A stretch of DNA of 58,850 nt from Solirubrobacteraceae bacterium (GCA_036559185.1 DATBTP010000155.1:1-58850), one strand, 5' to 3'; counted from the stretch's first letter, positions 19,266 through 29,120 are shown. Notes: generated by a model from the sequence alone, not told the origin. Translations and numbers: made by a program.

Positions 19266-20279
19266 TCAGCCGATTCGCTCTGGCACGCGCGCGGCGAGGC
19301 CCGCGCGCACCGGGGTGCTCGGCCCCTCCTCGCCGACGGGCCGATTGCGCTCCTCGCGGACGATATAGAGCGGACGGTGCTTCACCTCGTCGTATATGCG
19401 CCCCACGTACTCCCCGATGACGCCCAGCGCGATCAGCTGGATGCCGCCGAGTAGCAGGATGAGGATCGTGATCGTGCCGAAGCCGGGGAGATAGGAGTCG
19501 GCAAAGTGCAACCCCACCACCACGGGGATCGCCACGAACGCCACGCCGGCGGAGAGCAGGCCGACGTAGGTCGCGAGCTGTAGCGGCAGGTGGGAGAAGG
19601 AGGCGATGGCGTCGAGTGAGAAGCGCACCATCTTGCGCACCGTGTACTTGGTTTCGCCCGCGCTGCGCGCGTCGCGCTCGTAGGGTACGGCGGTTTGCGT
19701 GAAGCCCACCCACACCGTCATGCCGCGCAGGAAGCGCGAACGCTCGGTCATCGACAGGAGTGCGTCGAGCGCGCGGCGGTCGAGCAGGCGGAAGTCGCCC
19801 GAGTTTGGCTCCAGGTCGACCTGGGCGAGCTTGTCGAAGAGCTTGTAGAACCACGATGCGGTGGCGAGCTTGAAGGCCGTCTCGCCCTCGCGCTGCCTGC
19901 GCACCGCGTAGACGACGTCCGAGCCGCCCTCCCACTGCTCGACCATGCGCGGGATCAGCTCCGGCGGGTCCTGCAAGTCTGCGTCGATCATCGCCACCAC
20001 GTCGCCGCGCGCGTGCTCCAGGCCGGCGGTGAGCGCGGCCTGGTGGCCGAAGTTCCTCGAGAGGTGAATGACCCGTACGCGCGGGTCCGCGGCGGCAAGG
20101 CCGTCGAGCAGCTCGGGCGTGCGATCGGAGCTGCCGTCGTTGACGAGTACCAGCTCGAAGGTGTAGTCGGCGACGGCCGCGCAGGCGCGCTTGACGAACG
20201 CCTCGACGAGCTCCTCCTCGTTGTAGACGGGAGCTACGACGCTTAGCAGGGCGGGGACGCGCGCGTGGTTGTCCGACAT
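19266..20279 (-). CDS. GT2 polyprenol-phosphate glycosyltransferase (GtrB/YkcC-like)
   Basis: VVAPVYNEE, VNDGSSD, LSRNFGHQ and DADLQDPP motifs; two C-terminal TMs. Confidence 0.92.
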   Translation of the reverse strand: MSDNHARVPALLSVVAPVYNEEELVEAFVKRACAAVADYTFELVLVNDGSSDRTPELLDGLAAADPRVRVIHLSRNFGHQAALTAGLEHARGDVVAMIDADLQDPPELIPRMVEQWEGGSDVVYAVRRQREGETAFKLATASWFYKLFDKLAQVDLEPNSGDFRLLDRRALDALLSMTERSRFLRGMTVWVGFTQTAVPYERDARSAGETKYTVRKMVRFSLDAIASFSHLPLQLATYVGLLSAGVAFVAIPVVVGLHFADSYLPGFGTITILILLLGGIQLIALGVIGEYVGRIYDEVKHRPLYIVREERNRPVGEEGPSTPVRAGLAARVPERIG

Positions 20280-20319
20280 GTTTCCTTCCAGAGACCGCGA
20301 AGCTGGTTAAGTAACGACC

Positions 20320-20775
20320 ATGAGAAGAGTAGGGGACTGGACAGCGCGCGTGTTGAGCATGCCCGTCGTGGCCCAGTTTGTGAAGTTCGGGATCGTGGGT
20401 GTGTCGAACACCGTGATCTTCTTCCTCGTTTACACGCTCCTGTTGAAGGTGTTCGGCGTGTGGTATGTGGCGGCGTCGGGCATCGGCTTCGCGGTGGGCG
20501 CCACCAACGGGTTCCTGTGGAATCGTCGCTGGACGTTTCGCGAGCACGTCGGCGACGCGCTCACCCCAGTTCGCTGGTTTGTGGTGCAAACAAGCGGTTT
20601 GTTCGTGAATCTGGGGCTCGTGTATCTGTTCGTCGACGGCGCCGGCCTCGGTGAGCTGCCGGGTCAGGCTGTGACGATCGTGATCGTCACGTTGCTCACG
20701 TTCTTCGTGAATCGCGCGTGGACGTTCAAGACGCGCTCCGAGCCGGCGCTCGCGGACAGCGCCGCCGATCGGTGA
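20320..20775 (+). CDS. GtrA family flippase
   Basis: QFVKFGIVG..NT, NRRWTF and NRAWTF motifs; four TMs. The start may be ATG 20359. Confidence 0.88.
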   Translation: MRRVGDWTARVLSMPVVAQFVKFGIVGVSNTVIFFLVYTLLLKVFGVWYVAASGIGFAVGATNGFLWNRRWTFREHVGDALTPVRWFVVQTSGLFVNLGLVYLFVDGAGLGELPGQAVTIVIVTLLTFFVNRAWTFKTRSEPALADSAADR

Positions 20776-20807
20776 ACGGCCGGCCGACCGTTAGCGTTTG
20801 TTAAGAC

Positions 20808-20985
20808 CGTCCGGCAGTCGTCAGGATCGTCCGGCGGGAGTAGTCAGGACCCCGGCGGCTGTTGTCAGACCCCGCCGGCGGCAGTCGTCAGGATCGTTCG
20901 ACGGAAGAGTTGTCGGGAGCCCCGGTAGTCGGCAGGCCACTTCGGCGGCAGTCCTCGGGGCCGCCCGCCGAAGAGCAGTCACGGC
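20808..20985. repeat. Degenerate ~20-24 bp tandem repeat tract between convergent genes
   Basis: GGCAGTCGTCAGGATCGT is exact at 20813 and 20880, with about five degenerate GGCGGCAGTxGTCAGGA-like units around it. Confidence 0.55.
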
Positions 20986-20990
20986 TTTTT

Positions 20991-21728
20991 TCAGCGGAAG
21001 ACCGCGAGCAGCGAGAGCCCCGCCGGGATGGGGACGCCGCGTCCGATCATCGCGGCCTCCAGGTGCAGCGGCTGGCGCAGCGCCCAGTTGAGCGGCGCCG
21101 GCGGTATCCACAGGTCGAGGCTCGACTTGGTGGTGGCGGGCTTGAAGCGCTCCAGCGCGCGCAGCACGATCGCGATGGGAAGCAGCAGCGAGTTGAAGTG
21201 CGTGGCGCTCTCCATCCGCCAGCCCGCGCTCCGCGCGGGGGCGAGCAGCGTGCGGCGGTTGTAGCGGCGGTGGTGGTGGTTGATGACGTCGTGGCCGCTC
21301 CACAGCCACTGGTAGGCGGGGACGGTGACGAGTAGCGTCCCGCCCGGCTTGGTGACGCGGCGCAGCTCGCGCAGCGCGCCCACATCGTCTTGCAGGTGCT
21401 CGACCACGTCGAGACTCACCGTGAGCTCGAAGGCGCCGTCGTCGAAGGGCATGTCCATCAGCGACCCTTCCACCACCTCGCCGGTGTCGCGCCCCCGCGC
21501 GACCTGGACGCTCGTCTCAGACAGCTCCACGCCGGTGACCGTGCCGTGGCGGGCGAGCTCCACCATGTTGCGACCGCTGCCGCAGCCGGCGTCCAGGATG
21601 CGCGCGCTCGCCGGCAGATCCAGACGCTCGATCGCGCTCTCGAGCACGCGGCGACGGCCCTGGTACCACCAGTGGCGGTCCTCGGCGCGGTGGGTTTGCA
21701 GCTCGTACTCAAGCTCCATCGACCCCAT
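20991..21728 (-). CDS. Class I SAM-dependent methyltransferase
   Basis: ILDAGCGSG, LDVVEHL and KPGG..LVTVPA motifs; HHHRRY, as in glycosylation-cluster methyltransferases. Confidence 0.88.
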   Translation of the reverse strand: MGSMELEYELQTHRAEDRHWWYQGRRRVLESAIERLDLPASARILDAGCGSGRNMVELARHGTVTGVELSETSVQVARGRDTGEVVEGSLMDMPFDDGAFELTVSLDVVEHLQDDVGALRELRRVTKPGGTLLVTVPAYQWLWSGHDVINHHHRRYNRRTLLAPARSAGWRMESATHFNSLLLPIAIVLRALERFKPATTKSSLDLWIPPAPLNWALRQPLHLEAAMIGRGVPIPAGLSLLAVFR

Positions 21729-21899
21729 CTTTCACGAACGCGCGGCGGCGCGCGGCGCGACCCCTTGGGCGTTGCGCAAGCGAAGCGCGCCTCAGGAGAC
21801 TTCATCGCGGGATTTCTCGGTAGCAATCGGCTCGCCGTTGGGTATGGTTGACGGTCTCTTTGCGGCGGAAGAGTCCATCGACGACGGGAGGCGACGCGT

Positions 21900-22361
21900 A
21901 TGGTGAGCAAGTTGAAGGTCCTATCGACCGCGCTTGCGGTCTGCCTGGCACTCGTTGTGGTGAGTGCCGTGGCGCTTGCCGCAAAGCCCAACCAGGTCCG
22001 CGGCGGAACCTACATGGGCACGCTGCTTCCCGCGACTCGAGGCATCGGTGTGAGCTTCAGGGTGTCGAGCAACGGCAAGAAGGTGACCCTGCTGAGCATC
22101 ACCAACATCCCGATCTACTGCTCGGGCGGCGGCCCCCCGATCCCCATTCGCTTCAAAGACGCCGCCATTTCGAGCAAAGGCGCCTTCACGAGCAAAGCCA
22201 ACTATGTAATCAAGGTCGGCCCGCTCAAGGGTCAGATCGGCGAGAAGTTGAAGATCACCGGTAAGTTCCTGAAAGGCAGGAGCGAGCAGGGCACGCTCAC
22301 CACCACCTACCCTCACGCCGCGGCATGCGGCGGCAAATCGCCTTACACCACCAAAGCGTGA
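21900..22361 (+). CDS. Secreted basic beta-rich hypothetical protein
   Basis: Signal peptide (ALA-A), two Cys in the mature part, GGGAGG SD upstream. Confidence 0.75.
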   Translation: MVSKLKVLSTALAVCLALVVVSAVALAAKPNQVRGGTYMGTLLPATRGIGVSFRVSSNGKKVTLLSITNIPIYCSGGGPPIPIRFKDAAISSKGAFTSKANYVIKVGPLKGQIGEKLKITGKFLKGRSEQGTLTTTYPHAAACGGKSPYTTKA

Positions 22362-22411
22362 GTGATGGCCGCCGGTTGGAATCGCGCGTCTGAGGTCTCG
22401 AGGATGCAGGG

Positions 22412-23386
22412 GTGACGACGCTTCCCGCCGAGGGCTACCGTCTGACCGGCATCTCGCCGAAGGCCTACGAGCATCCCGCCGACCGCGCGGCGACGGCGGC
22501 GCTGAAGTCGATCCCCTACATGGACAAGGTGGTGCGCAAGCTGATCGAGCTCGGCTACGAGCGCGCTTTGCGTCAGGCCTACCTCGGCTCGTCGGTCAGG
22601 CTCGGCGAGGACCAGCTCGCCGACGTGTGGATGGCTCACATGCGCGCCTACGCCACGCTCGACTTGGAGCCCGTGCCGGACCTCTACCTGACGCAGATGC
22701 CGATCGCCAACGCGCTCACGGTCGGCGCCGGACGCCCGATCGTGGTGGTGCAGTCGGGGCTCGTGCAGCTGCTCGACGTGGAGCAGCTCCGCGCCGTGTT
22801 CGCCCACGAGGCCGGGCACGTGCTCTCCGACCACGTGCTCTACCGCACCGCGCTCGTCATCCTCCTGCGCCTCAGCGCTATTCCCGGCATCCCGCTGCCC
22901 CTGCTGCCGGTGCGAGCGGCGCTGATGGAGTGGTTCAGGGCGGCCGAGCTCACCTGCGACCGCGCGGCCGCGCTCGTCACGCGCGATCCGCTGGCGGTGT
23001 GCCGCACGCTGATGGCGGTGGCGGCGGGCGCCGAGGCCGAGCGCCTCGATCTCGACGTGTTCATGCGCCAGGGCATCGACTACCGCGAGAAGGGCTCGGG
23101 CCTAGAGCGCCTGTCGCGGCTGCTGCTCGACCTCAACATCACCCACCCGATGCCGGTCAGCCGCGTACACGAGCTGATGGAGTGGGTCAAGGGCGGCGAC
23201 TACGACCGGATCGTGGGCGGCTCCTACGTCAAGCGCGACGAGCCGCTCAAACCGCGCGAGGAGGCGGGCGACGCCGTGGCCCACTACTCCGAGCGTTTCC
23301 GCGAGATGTTCCGCGAGGCGGGCGAGTCGGTGAACGACATCGGTCAGCAGTTGAGCGACTGGCTGCGTCGCAATCGCGACGATTGA
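22412..23386 (+). CDS. M48 family zinc metallopeptidase
   Basis: HEAGH, ELTCDR and THP...R motifs. Confidence 0.9.
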   Translation: MTTLPAEGYRLTGISPKAYEHPADRAATAALKSIPYMDKVVRKLIELGYERALRQAYLGSSVRLGEDQLADVWMAHMRAYATLDLEPVPDLYLTQMPIANALTVGAGRPIVVVQSGLVQLLDVEQLRAVFAHEAGHVLSDHVLYRTALVILLRLSAIPGIPLPLLPVRAALMEWFRAAELTCDRAAALVTRDPLAVCRTLMAVAAGAEAERLDLDVFMRQGIDYREKGSGLERLSRLLLDLNITHPMPVSRVHELMEWVKGGDYDRIVGGSYVKRDEPLKPREEAGDAVAHYSERFREMFREAGESVNDIGQQLSDWLRRNRDD

Positions 23387-23417
23387 GCGATCGGGCTTGG
23401 GCGCCGATAGGGAAGGG

Positions 23418-24614
23418 ATGAATCGCGCTCATTGCGTGCGGCGGATGGCGAGGACCAGAATCGGCGCGCTCGCGGCGATGGCGGCGGCGATCTTTGCGTG
23501 TTGGCCGCTTGCGAGCGGCTTCGCCCGCGCCGAGCCGCGGCAACACTCGAAGACGGCCGAAGCGGGCGTGCGGGAATACCCGAGGACGGCCGAAGCGGGC
23601 GTGCGGGAATACCTGAAGACGGCCGAAGCGGGCGTGACGCGCGCGCGGCGTCTGTGGTGGGACGGGCGTCGTGGCTGGTACGACAGTCGCCTCGCCGATG
23701 GCGAACGCTATCCGCTCGCCACCATCTGGGACGCGACACCCCTATTCGAGGCGGTGGACGCGATCGCCGTCGCCGCCCCCTCGTCCGCGCACAAGGCGGC
23801 GGCGCGGGCGTTTGCCCGGGGGGCTGAGCGCTATTGGGACGCGACCCTGCGCCCTCAGCCCGCGTTCGTGCCCTACCCGGGCGACAGGGGTCAGGTGCGT
23901 ACGTGGTTCGACGACGACGGCTGGTGGGGGTTGGCGTTTCTCGATGCCTATCGCGCGACTGGTGTTGCGCGCTATGTGCGCGACGGGGAGCGCGCGTTCG
24001 CGTTCATCGTCGCTGAGGGTTGGGATAAGGCGGGAGGAGGACTGTGGTGGAACACCTCCCATCCATACCTGGCGGGCGAGCCGCTGGCCGCGGGATCGTT
24101 GTTGGGGGCGCAGCTCTACAGGCTCACCGGGAACTCGTTCTATCGCCGGGAAGTGTTCAAGTTCCTTGGGTGGGCGGACGCGAGCTTTCTCACCGAACGG
24201 GGTCTCTACAAGCGGACGGGCTTCGACGCGACACCCACGCCCTACATCGAGGGCACACTCGTGGAGGCCCACCAAGTGCTCTGCGAAGTGGGCGTGTCGG
24301 TGGCGTGTAAGCGCGCCAGGCAACTCGCCGACGCGTCCTTCCAGCGCTTCGCCGACCGGTTGAACATGGGGCCGCAGTTCGACACGATCTATTTGCACTG
24401 GATGCTCCTCTACGGCGAGCAAACCGGTGATACGCGCTGGCGCGCGCTCGCGCGAGAGATGGCCTCTCGTGCGGCGGCGAACGCGCGTGACGCCCGGGGT
24501 CTCTACTTGCGCGCGTGGGACGGCACCCCCATCACCTCACACCAGGCCGTGCCGAACATGCTCCAAACCGACGCCGCCACGCTCGAGCTCTACGCCTGGC
24601 TGGCGGGCGCTTAG
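23418..24614 (+). CDS. Secreted glycoside hydrolase family 76-like protein
   Basis: WFDDDGWWGLA and GGGLWW motifs of (alpha/alpha)6 GH76; signal peptide. Confidence 0.78.
   Translation: MNRAHCVRRMARTRIGALAAMAAAIFACWPLASGFARAEPRQHSKTAEAGVREYPRTAEAGVREYLKTAEAGVTRARRLWWDGRRGWYDSRLADGERYPLATIWDATPLFEAVDAIAVAAPSSAHKAAARAFARGAERYWDATLRPQPAFVPYPGDRGQVRTWFDDDGWWGLAFLDAYRATGVARYVRDGERAFAFIVAEGWDKAGGGLWWNTSHPYLAGEPLAAGSLLGAQLYRLTGNSFYRREVFKFLGWADASFLTERGLYKRTGFDATPTPYIEGTLVEAHQVLCEVGVSVACKRARQLADASFQRFADRLNMGPQFDTIYLHWMLLYGEQTGDTRWRALAREMASRAAANARDARGLYLRAWDGTPITSHQAVPNMLQTDAATLELYAWLAGA
23550..23636 (+). repeat. 33-bp in-frame tandem repeat (2.6 copies)
   Basis: Encodes KTAEAGVREYP-RTAEAGVREYL-KTAEAGV. 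Confidence 0.9.
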
Positions 24615-24615
24615 C

Positions 24616-26343
24616 TTAGACGCCCGCGACCGCCTCGGCTCCCGCGCGCGCGGCCTCGCGTCGCAGCGCTGTGAGCAACGCTTGCACCACGAGCGGGTCG
24701 AACTGGGTGCCGGCGCAGCGCTTGAGCTCGTCGAGCGCCGCGTCGTAGCCGATCGAGTCGCGGTAGGGCCGGTCGCTGGTCATCGCCTCGTAGGCGTCGG
24801 CGACGGCCACGATGCGGGCCTCCAAAGGGATGGCGCCGGAGGAGAGCCCGAGCGGGTAGCCAAGGCCGTCGGGGCGCTCGTGATGGGCGGCCACCCATTC
24901 GCGTACGTCGGAGAGGCTGTCGTGCTCGATTATCTGCGCGCCGAGCGCGGGGTGGCCCTTGATGACCTCGAACTCCTCCTCGGTGAGCGGCCCGGGCTTG
25001 TGCAGGATGCTGTTGGGAACCCCCGCCTTGCCGATGTCGTGCAGGATCCCCGCGAGCCGGATGCGGCTGACACGTCGCTCGGGGAGACTGAGCTCTCGCG
25101 CCATCATCTCCGCATAGCGGCCCACGGTCTCCGAGTGCCGTGCGCTGCCGCTGAAGCGCAAGTCGACAGCCTCGGCGAGGTCGAGTATGGCGAGGATGAA
25201 GCGCTCGCCTTGAATGTCGAACTCGTCGCGTGAGGCGCGCAGCACGTTGCGAAGCACGGTGGTGTGGCTCACGGTGCGATTGCGCCCGCTCTCCTTGGCG
25301 GCGTAGAGCGCCTCGTCGGCGGCGTGAAGCAGCGACGCGGCTGTCTCTCCATGGTGGGGGTAGATGGCGAGGCCGAAGCTGATGGTGACCGGTGTGAGGT
25401 CACGCGCGAACTCGTCGCGCACCACCTGGCGCAGGCGCTCGGCTAGGGCGAAGCCGCCGTCGCGCTCGGTGTCGGGGAGGACGATCGCGAACTCCTCGCC
25501 CCCTATGCGCGCGGCCGAGTCCACCTGGCGCTTGCCCTCGCGGAGCACGCTCGCGACGCGCTGAAGCGCCACGTCTCCGACCTGGTGGCCGGAGCGGTCG
25601 TTGACGTCCTTGAAGTCGTCGAGGTCCCCGACGAGCACTCCCATCGGGGTGCCCGATCGGCGGGCGCGTTCCAGCTCGAGGTCGAGCATTTCGCGAAAGC
25701 CCCGGCGGTTTGAGAGCTTCGTGAGCGGGTCGGTGCGGGCGGCTTCGTAGAGCCGCGCGATGAGGTGCTCGAGGCGGGCGCGCATCGACATGATGACCAT
25801 CGCGCCCACGAGCAGGGTGCCCATGCCCACGAACCACCACGCGGGGATCCCGCCGATCGGCGACCTTATCGCCAGAAGCGCTCCGTAAGCGACGCCGACG
25901 TAGAGGATCTGCGCCGCCGCCTGCCTGAGCGTGAAGAAGTAGGAGGCGTAGAGGAACACCCACAGGTAGAAGAACACGAGCGGGCTCGGCGACTCGCCGG
26001 AGAAGTAGGCGACGCCGGTGATGAGCGTGCTGCCCCAGGCGAGCGTCAACCGCATGGTCCAGGCGGGGAGCCTCGCCGCTTGCGTGTGAAGCACCGCGGC
26101 GACGAGGTAAGCATTGGCGATGATCGCGAGCTGACCGATCTCGTTTGTGCTCGCGGGGTGGGGCAAAGCCACGGTGAGCGTGGCGAGCGTGGCTCCGGCC
26201 GCGAAGAGCACGGCGAGGACCTTGGCGAGGAGGCTTATCTCGAAGTTCGCGCCGGTGAGCGAACCTCCCCAGACGTCGTCGCGACCGTCAGCTTGTGAGA
26301 GTGCGGAAATCAGCTTTGGCCATCGGCTTGTGGCTTTGCTCAC
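24616..26343 (-). CDS. Membrane-bound GGDEF + HD-GYP protein
   Basis: About five N-terminal TMs; RQVD I-site and GGEEF; intact LHDIGK, HHERPDGLGYP and VADAYEAM. Confidence 0.92.
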   Translation of the reverse strand: MSKATSRWPKLISALSQADGRDDVWGGSLTGANFEISLLAKVLAVLFAAGATLATLTVALPHPASTNEIGQLAIIANAYLVAAVLHTQAARLPAWTMRLTLAWGSTLITGVAYFSGESPSPLVFFYLWVFLYASYFFTLRQAAAQILYVGVAYGALLAIRSPIGGIPAWWFVGMGTLLVGAMVIMSMRARLEHLIARLYEAARTDPLTKLSNRRGFREMLDLELERARRSGTPMGVLVGDLDDFKDVNDRSGHQVGDVALQRVASVLREGKRQVDSAARIGGEEFAIVLPDTERDGGFALAERLRQVVRDEFARDLTPVTISFGLAIYPHHGETAASLLHAADEALYAAKESGRNRTVSHTTVLRNVLRASRDEFDIQGERFILAILDLAEAVDLRFSGSARHSETVGRYAEMMARELSLPERRVSRIRLAGILHDIGKAGVPNSILHKPGPLTEEEFEVIKGHPALGAQIIEHDSLSDVREWVAAHHERPDGLGYPLGLSSGAIPLEARIVAVADAYEAMTSDRPYRDSIGYDAALDELKRCAGTQFDPLVVQALLTALRREAARAGAEAVAGV

Positions 26344-26411
26344 GAGCGACCCGGAACTGTTCGTATTGTTGGCGACTGTCTGCGGGTAACAGCCTAAGGG
26401 GAAGAACGACT

Positions 26412-28061
26412 ATTCGCAACCGTACGACGATCCTGGTGCTCGGCACCGCGCAGTTCGTGATGGTGCTGGACAGCACCGTCATGAACGTGTCGATCTCGCA
26501 GGTGGTCGCGGATCTGAAAACGACGGTGCCCGACGTGCAGCTCGCGATCACGGCCTACACGCTGGTCATGGCGGCGTTCATGCTCACCGGCGCGAAGCTC
26601 GGCGACATCTGGGGCAGGCGGCGGGCGTTCTCGATCGGGCTGTTCGTTTACGGCGTGGGGTCGCTCACTACCGCGCTCAGCCCCAACGTCGGAGTGCTGT
26701 TGATCGGGTGGTCGGGGATCGAGGGCATCGGAGCAGTGCTCGTGATCCCGGCGATCTTCGCTCTTACGGCGGTTAGCTACAGCGGCAAGGAACGCGCGCT
26801 CGCCTACGGGCTGCTCGGTGGGATCGCCGGCGCCGGCGCGGCGGCTGGGCCGCTGATCGGAGGATTTGTGACGACCGCGCTCACATGGAGGGTGGTGTTC
26901 GCCGCCGAGACGGTGGTGGTGCTGGTGCTGCTCACCGCGGTGCACCGCATCGTCGAGAGCCGTCCCGAGCGTCCGCCCACGCTCGACCGCGTGGGCGTGG
27001 GTCTATCGGCATTGGGGTTGGGGTTGACCGTGTTCGCGATCCTCAAGATCAGCACGTGGGGATTGTTCAAGCCGACCGGGGCTTTGACTATCGCCGGCAC
27101 CGAGATCACCCCCTTCGGCCTGTCGGCGGTGCCGTTCATGATCTTCGCGGGGTTGATTGTGCTCGGGTGCTTCTTTCGCTGGGAGGAGCGCGTTGAGCGC
27201 GATGGGCGCACGCCGCTGTTGCGGGCCGACTTGCTGAAGATCCCGCAGATGCGGGCGGGCCTGTCGACGATCGTCTCGCAGTACCTCATCTTGGCGGGAA
27301 CGTTCTTCGTGCTGCCGCTCTACCTGCAGCTCGTTCTCGGCAAGGATGCGCTTGAAACCGGCGTGAAGATCCTGCCGATCTCGATCGCGATGATGGGGGC
27401 CGCGATGCTCGGCCCGCGTCTTGCCACGCGTACTTCGCCACGCAGGGTGGTGCAGATCGGCATGGCGTTCCTGCTTGTGTCGATCCTCGGGCTGATGGCG
27501 AGCATCTCCCCGTCACTCTCCTCGCTGCCCTTCGCGCTGTCGCTCGCGGGCTTCGGGGTGGGCATCGGGCTGTCGATCTCCCAGCTTGGAAACGTCGTGA
27601 TGTCCTCGGTGAAGGAGTCGCGCTCCAGCGAGGCCGGCGGCGTGCAGGGGGCCTCGCAGAACCTCGGCCAATCTCTGGGCACGGCGCTTATCGGGGCTGT
27701 GCTGCTGACGGGTCTCACCACCGGCTTTCACGACCGCGTGCTCGCCGACCCCGCTATATCGCCCTCGCTCCAACAGCGGATCGTGACCGGCACCGAGGAG
27801 GGTCTGCCGATGGTCTCCCAAGCGCAGTTCAAGGCGACGGTGGAGCAGGCGGGCGTGCCTCCCGAGCAGGCGGTGAGCCTGGTGGCCTACTACAACGAAT
27901 CGCAGATCGACGCCCTCAAGCAAGCGCTGCTCGCGGCCTCCGCGTTCGTGCTCGTCGGTTTGTGGTTTGCCCGCGCGCTTCCCGCGGAGGCGCTCGGCGA
28001 GCGAGAGGGGGACGGGGGTGCCCTACCCGCCACCGTAGCGGGCGCTGAAGCGCGAGTTTGA
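26412..28061 (+). CDS. MFS transporter (DHA2/EmrB-like)
   Basis: AQFVMVLDSTVMNV and GAKLGDIWGRRR motifs; about 14 TMs. Start codon uncertain. Confidence 0.88.
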   Translation: MRNRTTILVLGTAQFVMVLDSTVMNVSISQVVADLKTTVPDVQLAITAYTLVMAAFMLTGAKLGDIWGRRRAFSIGLFVYGVGSLTTALSPNVGVLLIGWSGIEGIGAVLVIPAIFALTAVSYSGKERALAYGLLGGIAGAGAAAGPLIGGFVTTALTWRVVFAAETVVVLVLLTAVHRIVESRPERPPTLDRVGVGLSALGLGLTVFAILKISTWGLFKPTGALTIAGTEITPFGLSAVPFMIFAGLIVLGCFFRWEERVERDGRTPLLRADLLKIPQMRAGLSTIVSQYLILAGTFFVLPLYLQLVLGKDALETGVKILPISIAMMGAAMLGPRLATRTSPRRVVQIGMAFLLVSILGLMASISPSLSSLPFALSLAGFGVGIGLSISQLGNVVMSSVKESRSSEAGGVQGASQNLGQSLGTALIGAVLLTGLTTGFHDRVLADPAISPSLQQRIVTGTEEGLPMVSQAQFKATVEQAGVPPEQAVSLVAYYNESQIDALKQALLAASAFVLVGLWFARALPAEALGEREGDGGALPATVAGAEARV

Positions 28062-28146
28062 CGTATCCCGGACGAGCGGGCGCGTCCAAACCAGATCCAT
28101 ACCGTCCTCTCGCCTAGATCCGTCCCGTGGGGTCGATCGTTAGAGC

Positions 28147-28488
28147 ATGAGACGAATCATGATCAGCGAGCCCCACGCGGATGTCCGGCGCATGCTCGAG
28201 CGGATGGTCAAGCGCCTTGGCGACGCCCCTATGGTGGCGGATCGGCCGACACCGGCTCAGCTTAGGAGCGTTGACGCGCTGTTGGTCGAGACCGCGGCGC
28301 CCAGCGGAGCGATGCTCGCTCAGCTCGCGCGCGCGGCGAACCCGTCGGTGAGGATCGTTTGCACGAGCGTCACCGCGCCACCCGCCGAGCTCACCGCGCT
28401 GGGACTCCACTTCTCCGCGGTGCTCGTCAAGCCGTTCACCGTCGAACAGCTCGAGCACGCCCTCGCGTCACCCGAGCGGCAAGGCTAG
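28147..28488 (+). CDS. Atypical single-domain receiver (REC-like) protein
   Basis: CheY-like spacing with VLVKPF, but the acidic pocket is SEPH and the phosphoacceptor position is Glu (DALLVE). Confidence 0.65.
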   Translation: MRRIMISEPHADVRRMLERMVKRLGDAPMVADRPTPAQLRSVDALLVETAAPSGAMLAQLARAANPSVRIVCTSVTAPPAELTALGLHFSAVLVKPFTVEQLEHALASPERQG

Positions 28489-28526
28489 CCGCCGTCCGGC
28501 GTCCTTGCGGTCGCGAAACCCGGCGC

Positions 28527-29093
28527 TCACGCGGGGTGGTAGGTGAGGATCAAGGTCTCGCCCGCCTTGACGGTGTCCGCCAGGCGCAGCGCGGAGGACT
28601 TGCTCGAGTCGCCGAACAGGCGCTTTCCCGCCCCGACCACGACCGGGAAGAGCTGGAGCCGGTATTCGTCGATCAGGTCGTGCTCCATCAGCGAGCGCAC
28701 GAGCTGGCCGCTGCCGTTGATGAGGATGTCGCCTTCGATCTGACCCTTGAGCTCGGCGACCTCTTTGACGAGGTCGGCGCCGATGATCGTGGAGTTGTTC
28801 CAGTCGGCGCGTTCGAGTGTTCTGGAGGCGACGTACTTGGGGATAGAGTTCATCTTCTCGCCGAACGCGCCCGTGCCCCGCATCGTCGGCCACGCCTTGG
28901 CGAAGGCCTCGTAGGTGATGCGGCCGAGCAGCAGCGCGCCCGCGGCGATGAGCTCGTCGAACTTGAACTTCTCGCCCTCGGGCCCCCGCTCGAACTGAAA
29001 GGCCCAGCCCGAGCGCTCGAACTCCGGCTCCCCTCCGGGGCTGTCGATGACGCCGTCGAGTGTTATGAACTCCGATACGACAACCTTGCTCAT
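28527..29093 (-). CDS. Dihydrofolate reductase / RibD C-terminal family protein
   Basis: ITLDGV, LLGRITYE, GSGQLV...LIDEY and GAGKRLF motifs. Confidence 0.9.
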   Translation of the reverse strand: MSKVVVSEFITLDGVIDSPGGEPEFERSGWAFQFERGPEGEKFKFDELIAAGALLLGRITYEAFAKAWPTMRGTGAFGEKMNSIPKYVASRTLERADWNNSTIIGADLVKEVAELKGQIEGDILINGSGQLVRSLMEHDLIDEYRLQLFPVVVGAGKRLFGDSSKSSALRLADTVKAGETLILTYHPA

Positions 29094-29120
29094 GGTCTCT
29101 CCTTTTCGTGCGCTTCCGCG

